Of a stretch of DNA of 64,000 nucleotides, positions 45,510 to 53,667 are shown piece by piece. The notes below the pieces were generated by a model. It made no database searches, was not told the origin of the DNA, and worked only from the letters and a program-made list of their open reading frames with translations. The stretch's first letter is position 1. Each line of letters opens with the position of its first letter. A program made the position numbers and the translations under genes. Origin of the DNA: an uncultured Dehalococcoides sp. (GTDB lineage Bacteria > Chloroflexota > Dehalococcoidia > UBA2979); NCBI GenBank assembly GCA_964628985.1, contig CAZVNJ010000009.1, positions 66 to 64,065 on the forward strand, in the 5' to 3' direction.

Positions 45510-45854
45510 ATGGCCGGCATCGAAGGCGTGCGCGCGCTCCCGGGGGTCGCCTCGGGCGTCGCGGACGCAGTCAGGCAGGGAGCGGGCACCGCCGACTTCG
45601 GAATCCACTTCTCGAAGCACGCCCAGAAGCGGCTCGAGCAGCGCGGGATCGACATGGCCGGGGACCGTATGGCACGGCTGGAGCAAGCCGTCGGACAGGC
45701 GGCGGCGAAGGGCTCACGAGAGAGCCTGATCCTCCTGGACGAGATGGCGCTCGTAGTCAGCGTGCAGAACCGCACCGTCGTCACGGCGATGGACCAGCAG
45801 GCAAGGAAGGAGCAGATCTTCACGAACATCGACTCGGTCGTCATCGCGCCCTAG
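45510..45854 (+). CDS. Flagellar operon protein (TIGR02530-like)
   Basis: FSKHAQKRLEQRGI, KG.RESLIL, VVSVQNRTVVTAM, IFTNIDSVVI; lies between flgD and flgE. Confidence 0.85.
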   Translation: MAGIEGVRALPGVASGVADAVRQGAGTADFGIHFSKHAQKRLEQRGIDMAGDRMARLEQAVGQAAAKGSRESLILLDEMALVVSVQNRTVVTAMDQQARKEQIFTNIDSVVIAP

Positions 45855-45983
45855 GGCGCACTACCAGGCACTGCACCGGCTGGACCTTCCCAGGGGGCCG
45901 GGCGCAGCAGACAACGCAGGGCATCCGCGGGCCTCGAGTCGCTCGAGGCGAGCAGGCCCCCAGGGGAGAGGACACTACCCGCC

Positions 45984-47267
45984 ATGATGAAGGCGCTGTT
46001 CGCAGCGATCGCCGGCCTCCAGAACCACATCACCTACATGGACGTGGTCGGCAACAACATCGCGAACGTCAACACGCAGGGCTTCAAGGCCAGCCGCGTG
46101 ACCTTCCAGGACATGCTCACCCAGACCATCGCAGGCGCCTCGGCGCCCACCGAGACTCGCGGCGGTACCAACCCGCAGCAGGTCGGCCTCGGCATCAAGA
46201 TCGGCGGCATCGATGTCCTGCACACGCAGGGCTCGCTCCAGGCCACTGGCCGGAACACGGACTTCGCCATCCAGGGCAGCGGGTTCTTCATCATGCAGGA
46301 CGGCAACCGCACGTTCTACACGCGGGACGGCGCCTTCGACATCGCTGTGTCCGGCGAGCTCGTGAATCCCACCAATGCGTTCAAAGTCCAGGGCTGGCGC
46401 GCGGACACCAACGGTGTCGTCAACATCGACGCTCCGATGACATCGATCATCATCCCGATGGGGCAGAGCATCGCTGCTCAGGCCACCACGCAGGTCACGA
46501 TCCAGGGAAACTTGGACGCGAGCGCCAGCGGCGTCGCCCCGGCAGGGTCCTTCTCCACGACCATCGACCTGTACGACTCCCTCGGCGCGGCGCACGCCGT
46601 GACGATCAAGTACACCAAGACCGCCAACCCGAACATCTGGGACGTGACCGCCACGACGTCTGACCCGATGGTCAACGCGCTCACCCTTGACACCGGTGCC
46701 GGCGGTACGACCGTCGAGTTCGACGCGAACGGGCGTCGGATCGACCCCGCTGCGGGAGTCCCGATGACGATCGACGTCGACCTGCTCACCGCGTCGGGTG
46801 CAGGCACAACGGGGACCACCGCGTTCACCGTGGAGGTGGACCAGGAGGCGATCACCCAGTTCGTCGGCCCCGGCAGCGTGGCGCCCACCTTCAACAACGG
46901 CTTCTCGGCCGGTTCGCTGATCACGTTCTCGGTAGGGCCGTCCGGTGACATCACCGGCATCTTCTCCAACGGCACCACGCGCGCGCTGGGGCAGATCGCG
47001 ATGGCCCTCTTCACGAACCCGGCCGGCCTCCAGCGTGTCGGGTCCAACAACTTCGAGGCCACCTCGAACTCTGGCGTGCCGGCCATCGGCCGGCCGAGCA
47101 CCGGCGGTCGTGGCTCGATCGGCGCGGGCGTCCTCGAGGGCTCCAACACGGACCTCGCCCGGGAGTTCACCAACGTGGTCATTGCTCAGCGTGGGTTCCA
47201 GGCCTCCAGCCGGATCATTTCCACCGCTGACCAGATGCTGGAGGGCCTGGTGAACCTGATCCGCTAA
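45984..47267 (+). CDS. flgE: Flagellar hook protein
   Basis: NNIANVNT.GFK, YTRDGAF, LEGSNTDLAREF..VVIAQRGFQA. Confidence 0.95.
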   Translation: MMKALFAAIAGLQNHITYMDVVGNNIANVNTQGFKASRVTFQDMLTQTIAGASAPTETRGGTNPQQVGLGIKIGGIDVLHTQGSLQATGRNTDFAIQGSGFFIMQDGNRTFYTRDGAFDIAVSGELVNPTNAFKVQGWRADTNGVVNIDAPMTSIIIPMGQSIAAQATTQVTIQGNLDASASGVAPAGSFSTTIDLYDSLGAAHAVTIKYTKTANPNIWDVTATTSDPMVNALTLDTGAGGTTVEFDANGRRIDPAAGVPMTIDVDLLTASGAGTTGTTAFTVEVDQEAITQFVGPGSVAPTFNNGFSAGSLITFSVGPSGDITGIFSNGTTRALGQIAMALFTNPAGLQRVGSNNFEATSNSGVPAIGRPSTGGRGSIGAGVLEGSNTDLAREFTNVVIAQRGFQASSRIISTADQMLEGLVNLIR

Positions 47268-47282
47268 GCCACCGAACGACAT

Positions 47283-47316
47283 ACGGGGGTACGGCTTGCC
47301 GTCCCCCGTCCGATGA
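47283..47316 (+). promoter_or_regulatory. Hairpin after flgE overlapping a sigma28-like promoter for the next gene
   Basis: Stem acggggg-t-acggc-tt-gccgt-cccccgt at 47283-47309; TACG-N15-TCCGATGA at 47290-47316. Confidence 0.55.
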
Positions 47317-47400
47317 TCGAGGGAGCACCAGTCGCGGGAGGCACGTCGCCACCGGGCGCGCGCTGGCCCGCCTGGCCTCCACCCGGTCGAGGGGGATGAC

Positions 47401-48537
47401 ATGGGTGCTGAAGCAGAAGGCCTGGCCCGGCTCTCGCGCTTCGCGGAGCGGATCCCCGCTGGCCGCCTGGTCTATGACCAGGGCGAGATCCCTCAGCGCA
47501 TCGTAGTTGTCCTCCAGGGGCGCCTCCAGTTCGAGGTGGTGGGAGACGACGGCAGCGTCTCCATCGTCGGTTCGGTCGAGCCCGGTCAGATGGCCGGCCA
47601 CATCGCCGCCGTGAACGCGCGCCCCACCTCCGCGGCCGCGCGGGCGCAGGACGAGACCATCCTGCTCGCGATCCCACTGCGCTCACTCGCCGAAGCGTTC
47701 CAGGATGCCCCCGGGCTCGCGCTCCAACTTTCAGACGCGCTAAACAACGCCGGCCGCGGGGGACACACCAACTCATCCGGCGATCCACAGCGTCGAGCAG
47801 CCCACGACGCCATCGTGATCCCCGTCCCGCGCCCCGTGGACGAACAGTTCTTCTTCATTGATACGGCGGACTGCCCGGTCTGTGACGCGGCCTTCGAGTA
47901 CCTGCGCATCCGCACGCGAGGTGTGCGGCCGGCCCAGCGCGATTCTGACCTGCGGGTCGCCTACACGACCATCGATCCCACCTGGTATGCCGTCGTGACC
48001 TGTCCGAAATGTTCCTTCGCCTCCTACCGGGACGACTTCTACGCCGTCTCCGACGACGAACGTGCCCGGTTGGAGGCTGGCACCGAGGAACGGCGGGAAC
48101 TCTGTTCGTCGCCGCTCACTGGGCCGCGCTCCAGCGAGCATGCACAGCTCACGCTCGAGCTTGCGATGCTCTCGTATGCCCGCCGCCGTCCAAACGAGCG
48201 CCGGCAGGCCGTCCTCCTCCACCGGCGCGCGTGGATCGCCCGCGCCAACGGGGACACCGCCGAGGAGATGGTGTGGCTCGAGCGTGCGCGGGACGCGTAC
48301 CAGCGCGCCTACGAGGGCGACCCGGACGTCTCTGACGAAGGCGCCCTCCGTGCCGCCTACCTGATTGGTGACCTCACGCTCCGCCTCGGGGACCCGCTCA
48401 CTGCCGGTCGGTGGTTGGAGGTCTGCCTGAAGACCGGCGCCGGCGAGCAGAGCGGCCTCGTCCGCATGGCCCGCGACCGCCTCCACGATGCGCGCGAGGC
48501 GGCCAAGGGCCTCACCGAGTCGGCGGCAGCCTCCTGA
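47401..48537 (+). CDS. cNMP-binding domain fused to DUF2225-like Zn-binding/helical domain
   Basis: YDQGE...VVLQGRL cNMP-fold N-terminus; CPVC...DSDLR...Y.VVTCPKC.FA and GDL.LRLG C-terminus. Confidence 0.72.
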   Translation: MGAEAEGLARLSRFAERIPAGRLVYDQGEIPQRIVVVLQGRLQFEVVGDDGSVSIVGSVEPGQMAGHIAAVNARPTSAAARAQDETILLAIPLRSLAEAFQDAPGLALQLSDALNNAGRGGHTNSSGDPQRRAAHDAIVIPVPRPVDEQFFFIDTADCPVCDAAFEYLRIRTRGVRPAQRDSDLRVAYTTIDPTWYAVVTCPKCSFASYRDDFYAVSDDERARLEAGTEERRELCSSPLTGPRSSEHAQLTLELAMLSYARRRPNERRQAVLLHRRAWIARANGDTAEEMVWLERARDAYQRAYEGDPDVSDEGALRAAYLIGDLTLRLGDPLTAGRWLEVCLKTGAGEQSGLVRMARDRLHDAREAAKGLTESAAAS

Positions 48538-49535
48538 TGCGCGTCCCCAGGACCTTGCGCCATGGCTGGCAGATCCTCAGCGACCACCTGCTCGTAGTCG
48601 CGATCGTCCTCGCGGTCGCCCTGGTCACGCTCGCGGCGCTCGCCTCGGCCGCGCCCTCCGCGGCCCGCGAACAGGTGTTGGTCGCCGATCTCCGAGGTCA
48701 CGCCCTCGTGATCCTCGACCCCACCCGGCCCGACGAGGCGCGGCGCATCGCGCTGCCCGGTGGGCCGCACGAGTTGCTGCAGCTGCCGGATGGGCGCGTC
48801 GCACTGTCGCTGGAACAGTCCGGTGTCATCGCCGTCGTGGACATCGCCAGTGGGGACGTCCAGACGTTCACCACCGGTGGCCTCCCGCACGGGCTCGCCT
48901 TGCAGCGCGACCCCGAAGGCGACCGGCTGCTCGTGACCGATCGTGAACGAGGCACCGTCCGGCGCTTCGTGATCGCCGGCACCACCGCGCAGTGGCCGGA
49001 ACTCGCCGCGCTCCCCGCCGCGGGGTGGCCGCATGCTGTCGTGGCCCGGCCAGAGGGCGGCGTTGCGATCGCGCGTGCAGCAGATGCCGTCCTCTCTCTC
49101 GACGGTCGGGACCTGCGCGTCTCGGAGTTGCCTGAAACCGTCGCCATCTCGCCCGACGGTACCCGGGTCGCCAGCGCCGGGGCGGTGGGCGGCATGGTCC
49201 ACATCGTGGGCTGGGACGGACGCGACCGTGTGGACGCGCAGGTAGGCGGGCGCCCGGTGCGTACGATCTTCTCGCCGGATGGCAGCCTCGTTGCCGCCGC
49301 GCTCTCCGCCTCGTCCAGCGTCGCCTTGGTGGACCGCGCCGGGCTTGTGCGCCGCGTCGCGGTCGTCGGTACGCCGGACGGGCTGGCGTTCTCTGCGGAC
49401 GGGGAGCGCCTCTATGCCGCGGACATGGCCGGCGGCCGCGTCACCGTCATCGAGGTAGCGAGTGGCCGAGTCATGGCCGTCCTCCCCGCAGGACGCTCTG
49501 CCGGCAGCCTGCTCGTGCTCCCGGCCGGCGGGTGA
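48537..49535 (+). CDS. Membrane-anchored YncE/YVTN-type beta-propeller
   Basis: Repeated PHxL/PxGLA...SPDG...L.V.D blades; N-terminal TM; TGATG overlap with the previous gene. Confidence 0.8.
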   Translation: MRVPRTLRHGWQILSDHLLVVAIVLAVALVTLAALASAAPSAAREQVLVADLRGHALVILDPTRPDEARRIALPGGPHELLQLPDGRVALSLEQSGVIAVVDIASGDVQTFTTGGLPHGLALQRDPEGDRLLVTDRERGTVRRFVIAGTTAQWPELAALPAAGWPHAVVARPEGGVAIARAADAVLSLDGRDLRVSELPETVAISPDGTRVASAGAVGGMVHIVGWDGRDRVDAQVGGRPVRTIFSPDGSLVAAALSASSSVALVDRAGLVRRVAVVGTPDGLAFSADGERLYAADMAGGRVTVIEVASGRVMAVLPAGRSAGSLLVLPAGG

Positions 49536-49602
49536 CTGCCTAGTTTGGGGCGTGTGCGACAATCGGCTTCTACCGGACACCTCGTGGGATGGAGCCGCGG
49601 CG

Positions 49603-50013
49603 ATGCCAGTCGAGGGCACCTGCTCGTCAGGTCGCGGCTTCCTGCGCCGCGGCTGCGGCCGCGAGGCCGTGGGCGTCTGCGTCTACTGCGCCGAGCCCTT
49701 CTGCACGAACCATGGCGTCATCCACGCCGACTACTACGAGGTCTGCGACCGTCGCCTCTGCCTCGCCAAGTACGCCGACATCGAGGCGCACCACGCCTGG
49801 GTCGAGTCTCACGCTGACTTCAACCGCGTGTCCATGTGTGCGGAGGACGAGTGTCAGGAGCGGATGCAGCACTCCTGTCAGCGATGCCGTCTCCGCTTCT
49901 GCGACGAACACCTCCTGGACCGACCGGTGACGGAGCGCCGCCTGGAGGGGGTAGTGCGCGTCGTCCAGTTGATGTGCCCGCACTGCGCCGCGCGCCGTAC
50001 CCTCTGGGACTAG
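49603..50013 (+). CDS. 136-aa Cys/His-rich protein with two AN1/B-box-like repeats
   Basis: C-x10-C-x7-CxxC-x4-C-xx-H and C-x4-C-x7-CxxC-x4-C-xx-H, each followed by a further Cys pair. Confidence 0.7.
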   Translation: MPVEGTCSSGRGFLRRGCGREAVGVCVYCAEPFCTNHGVIHADYYEVCDRRLCLAKYADIEAHHAWVESHADFNRVSMCAEDECQERMQHSCQRCRLRFCDEHLLDRPVTERRLEGVVRVVQLMCPHCAARRTLWD

Positions 50014-50029
50014 CGCGCTCAGCACACCG

Positions 50030-51484
50030 CTACAGCAGCCGTGCGGTTGCCACCATCGCCTCGCCCAGTGGGGTCGCCGCGAGGACGCGTCCCGCGGCGT
50101 CCACCACGAAGCCTCCCCCCGCGCGCGAGGTGGAACCGGCCGCGATTACGGATACACCGTCCTCGATCGCGATCGCACGCGCGGACCCCGCCACTGGCGC
50201 CGCCGCGTCCCCGGCGCACCACATGACTGCCCCCGCACCGGCCGGCGCCCCGAGCGCGAGCCCTTCTGCCCCGCACATCAACCCCACGACGCCGAGGGCG
50301 GTGCGCACGATTGAGGGCGCACGCTGGCCCGCGCGGAAGCCCGCGGCCCGTTCGTCCCGATCCAGCACGGACTGGCGGTGCGCTGCCACCACCTGGCCAC
50401 CCTCGATCGCGTATGCCGTCTTATAAGTGGAGCCGTCGTCGCGCTCCGCGAGCCCCGCGAAGAGCGTCGCGCCGGTCTCCTCTGTCAACGCCTGCAGGAA
50501 GGGCAGCGTCTCCGTCGCCGTCACTGCGCGCGGCTCCGTGCCCGCAAGGTCCGGCAGCACGATGGACCGCGCACCCATCGCGACCGCAGCGCGCACCAGT
50601 CCGCGCATGCGTTCTATGGACTCCACAGCCGAGGGCAGGGGGTCGAAGGCGATGGCCGCCACATGCCCCTGGATCGGGATCTGCCCGGCGGCGGCGCTCG
50701 CCTCGGTACTCGGCAACGTCGCGAAGTCGATGGCAACGCCCGGGGCGGCGTCGATATCGATCTCGGTCGACGCCACGCCGGGCTGATCGGTCGAGGCACG
50801 CGCGCACCAGTGGCCGGACGGGTCCATCACGCCCGCGCCGCCAGAGAAGCGGACGAGCCCGGCCTCGCTGCCCGTCTTGCCGCCTGCGATCCCCCACGCC
50901 CCGAGCAGCGCGGCACGCGCGGAGAGCAGGTCGGACTCCAGGCTGAGGTCGAACCCCGGCACGCGCGACGAGTCGCGCGGTGCCGCTGCCGCGATCAGGA
51001 GATGCACGCCAGCCAACCCTCGGATCAGATCCCGGCGAGCGAGGTCGCGCCCCACGATGAGGCCGATGCGCACGCCCTCGATCTCTGCCACCGCCGGGCC
51101 CCCACCGCGTGTGAACCATCCGGAGACCGTCCGCTCCCCGGCGTGGGCGAGTTCGCGCCCGTCTGGGCCGAAGAGGATCAACTCGTTGCGCAGCGCCCCG
51201 TTGGCGTCACGCCGGACGATCCCTGCCGCGATCGCGCAACCCGTCCGCCGTGATCGCTCCGCCAGCGTGGAAAACCACTCCTCCTCGCCCGGCAGGTTCA
51301 GCGCGGCCACGGCGTCGCGCGAAAGCAGCGCCCAACCGGGGACGGTAGCCTCGGGCAGCACCAGCAGTGCGTGCCCGGCGATCGCCTGGTCGATGCGCGT
51401 GAGCAGCGCCTCCCATGCGCGCAGGTGCTCGCGCGCCTCGAATGTCCGAGGCTGCAGGGCGGCGACGCGGATCGGGCGTGGCAC
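50030..51484 (-). CDS. Tandem carbon-nitrogen hydrolase-fold protein, predicted catalytically inactive
   Basis: Two CN-hydrolase repeats (IRVAALQ, LVLPE, RNELILFGPDG; IVLPD, FRAG). The nucleophile position is Gly in both. Confidence 0.65.
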   Translation of the reverse strand: MPRPIRVAALQPRTFEAREHLRAWEALLTRIDQAIAGHALLVLPEATVPGWALLSRDAVAALNLPGEEEWFSTLAERSRRTGCAIAAGIVRRDANGALRNELILFGPDGRELAHAGERTVSGWFTRGGGPAVAEIEGVRIGLIVGRDLARRDLIRGLAGVHLLIAAAAPRDSSRVPGFDLSLESDLLSARAALLGAWGIAGGKTGSEAGLVRFSGGAGVMDPSGHWCARASTDQPGVASTEIDIDAAPGVAIDFATLPSTEASAAAGQIPIQGHVAAIAFDPLPSAVESIERMRGLVRAAVAMGARSIVLPDLAGTEPRAVTATETLPFLQALTEETGATLFAGLAERDDGSTYKTAYAIEGGQVVAAHRQSVLDRDERAAGFRAGQRAPSIVRTALGVVGLMCGAEGLALGAPAGAGAVMWCAGDAAAPVAGSARAIAIEDGVSVIAAGSTSRAGGGFVVDAAGRVLAATPLGEAMVATARLL

Positions 51485-51486
51485 GG

Positions 51487-52239
51487 CTACCCGCGGCGGA
51501 CCGGGTTGCTCAGCACGCCGACGCCGCCCACTTCCACCTCGCACACGTCGCCGTCAACGAGGGGGGCAGTCTGGCCCGGCGTGCCGGTGAAGATCAGATC
51601 GCCCGGTTCCAGCGTGACGTAACGCGAAAGGTGTGCGATGCACCTCCGGATCGGGTAGATCAACAGGCTCGTGTCCGATTCCTGCTGCGTCCGTCCGCTG
51701 ATCCGCCCGAGCACCGTGATCGACTCCGGGTCGAGACCCGTCTCGATCCAGGGGCCGGCGGCGGTGAAGGTGTCGCTAGATTTCGCGCGAAGCCACTGCA
51801 GGTCGCTCCGCTGCCAGTCTCGTTCGGAGACGTCATTTCCGGCGGTGTAGCCGAAGACATGTGCGTCCACTTCTGCCTCGCTGATATTGCGGGCGCGGGC
51901 GCCGATGACCGCCACCACTTCCGCCTCCATGTGCACGTTCGCGGAGTCCGGCGGCAGCACGATCGCCTCACCGTGCGCGACGAGGGAGGACGGTGCCTTC
52001 AAGAAGCCCTGCGGTTCCCCTGGCTCTGTCCGCTCGCCCACGTGGCTCTTGTAGTTCAGCCCGATCGCCACGATCTTCGTGGGCACGCTCGGCACCAGCA
52101 GCTTCGCCCCCGCCAGCGGCACGCTGCGGCCCATCTCCACTGGCCGGTCGAAGATGTCGCCCTCCAGGAGGTGCGCCGTGTCGCCCTCGATCCGCGCCGT
52201 GTAGGCGTAGCCGTCGATCAGCAACCGTGCGATGCGCAT
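51487..52239 (-). CDS. Fumarylacetoacetate hydrolase family protein
   Basis: KIVAIGLNY..H, EAEVVAVIG, GNDVSERD, AKSSDTF, GDLIFTGTP. Confidence 0.92.
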   Translation of the reverse strand: MRIARLLIDGYAYTARIEGDTAHLLEGDIFDRPVEMGRSVPLAGAKLLVPSVPTKIVAIGLNYKSHVGERTEPGEPQGFLKAPSSLVAHGEAIVLPPDSANVHMEAEVVAVIGARARNISEAEVDAHVFGYTAGNDVSERDWQRSDLQWLRAKSSDTFTAAGPWIETGLDPESITVLGRISGRTQQESDTSLLIYPIRRCIAHLSRYVTLEPGDLIFTGTPGQTAPLVDGDVCEVEVGGVGVLSNPVRRG

Positions 52240-52285
52240 GCGGGTCCCTTTCTCTCCTCGGACTCATCGATGCTACCCCGTGGGC

Positions 52286-52804
52286 CTACCGCCGGGGCGC
52301 CAGCACCGCTTGGATCGCCTCCGCCAGCATCCCGTCTGACATGGCGCGCACGAGGACCAGCGCTGCCAGCGAGTCCTCCCCCGCACCTGGCCATGGCGGA
52401 CGCAGCCGTTCCTCCCACCGCTCCGAGGCCAACGAAGCGAGCGCCTCCACCATCATGCCGCGTGCCTCGATCACCTCCTCGCGCACCGCCGCCCACGCCG
52501 TCCCATCGACAGTCGTGGCGTGCGTGCTGGCCTCGGCTGACGCGACACGTGCGTCGAGCGAGGTGAAGAACGCCGCGTGTTCGCGCTCGCGCGCAGCATG
52601 CGCCAGCAGGAGGGAGGTGACTGTCCCCGTAGATTCGCCAAGGGCCGCGAACTCCGGGATCGACAGCGCCAGCGCGCCCGCAGAGGCATCGCACGCGTCG
52701 AGCGCGGCGAGCAACTGCCGCCGTCCATCCTGCAGGACGGCCCAGGGGTCGAGGTCGTCAAACGTGTGGCGGTCGTATGCGTTGCCGGCGGCGTCGTATG
52801 TCAT
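52286..52804 (-). CDS. DinB/YfiT-like four-helix bundle protein (degenerate metal site)
   Basis: GRRQLLAALD, SLLLAHAAREREH, RGMMVEALASL..E.W pattern. Confidence 0.5.
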   Translation of the reverse strand: MTYDAAGNAYDRHTFDDLDPWAVLQDGRRQLLAALDACDASAGALALSIPEFAALGESTGTVTSLLLAHAAREREHAAFFTSLDARVASAEASTHATTVDGTAWAAVREEVIEARGMMVEALASLASERWEERLRPPWPGAGEDSLAALVLVRAMSDGMLAEAIQAVLAPRR

Positions 52805-53053
52805 GGGGCGAGTCTATGCAGGCTCGACGTGCGGTGCGATGAGTGACGCGGCGGCAGCGATCCACCGCGATACACCTCGATGCGAGACCGATCGACCTCG
52901 TCGCACGATGCAGTCTCGATGCGCGGGACGGTCTGACGTGCGGCTAATCAGAGGATCGCGCGAGTACTTGAAGTGATCGGGATCGGGATCAGCGCACTGG
53001 CGATCGGTGAGTAGCGGTCCGGATCGGGGTTCGGAGGGGCATAACCCGCTCGA

Positions 53054-53072
53054 AAAAAGTTGTCAACTTTTT
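53054..53072. promoter_or_regulatory. Perfect 19-bp palindrome containing TTGACA on the minus strand
   Basis: AAAAAGTTG-T-CAACTTTTT in an AT-rich island. Confidence 0.65.
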
Positions 53073-53085
53073 CCACGGAATCCCC

Positions 53086-53123
53086 AGAAAAAATATTGTC
53101 AGTACGCACATTCGTGTTAGCAT
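53086..53123 (+). promoter_or_regulatory. Sigma70-type promoter with A-rich UP element for the histone-like gene
   Basis: agaaaaaata-TTGTCA-N16-TAGCAT with a TGn extended -10. Confidence 0.6.
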
Positions 53124-53162
53124 TTCGTTCGTCCGGGGCCTCGTGACGGTGAGGTGTAACTG

Positions 53163-53498
53163 ATGGTCACAGCAAAGAAGCCCGCTGCGAAGAAGCCGGC
53201 CGCCAAGAAGCCGGCTGCAAAAAAGCCGGCGGCGAAGAAGCCGGCCGCGAAGAAGCCCGCGGCCAAGAAGACCGCGGTCAAGAAGACAGCGGCCCGAAAG
53301 CCGGCGGCCAAGAAGCCCGCCGTCAAGAAGGCCGCGGCGAAGAAGCCCGCTGCAAAGAAGGCGGCGGCGAAGAAGTCCGCTGCCAAGAAGGCAGCGGCGA
53401 AGAAGCCAGCGGCTCGCAAGACCGCTGCGAAGAAGCCAGCGGCGCGCAAGCCCGCTGCGAAGAAGCCGGCGGCGCGCAAGCCCGCCGCCAAGAAGTAA
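53163..53498 (+). CDS. Histone H1-like Lys/Ala/Pro repeat protein
   Basis: MVTA + 21 x (K/R)K(P/T/A/S)A(A/V) + KK; flanked by a strong promoter and a terminator. Confidence 0.85.
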   Translation: MVTAKKPAAKKPAAKKPAAKKPAAKKPAAKKPAAKKTAVKKTAARKPAAKKPAVKKAAAKKPAAKKAAAKKSAAKKAAAKKPAARKTAAKKPAARKPAAKKPAARKPAAKK

Positions 53499-53528
53499 CA
53501 AGAGCCACTCGAGCCCCCTGGACAACGA

Positions 53529-53558
53529 AGACACCCCCGGCGTTCGCCGGGGGTGTCT
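53529..53558 (+). terminator. Terminator hairpin after the histone-like gene
   Basis: agacacccccggc-gttc-gccgggggtgtct, a perfect 13-bp stem followed by a pyrimidine tract. Confidence 0.75.
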
Positions 53559-53667
53559 CCGTCTCTCCCCATCGAATCCCCCAGCCCGCGCCAGTGTTAC
53601 GATCCCGCTCGCCCTCGCATCGAGGTGCTTCCTCGGCCCCTGCGGCCGGCCACCTGACGAGGTACGC

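Noticed and set aside
52859-53130. Replication origin (GATC cluster, AT-rich tract, TTTTCCACG)
   Set aside because: Only one mismatched DnaA-box-like 9-mer, and no dnaA/dnaN or other origin-linked genes nearby; promoter elements explain the AT-rich tract.
53163-53498. 15-bp repeat array as CRISPR or VNTR
   Set aside because: No spacers or cas genes; the repeats vary at synonymous positions and encode KKPAA in frame.
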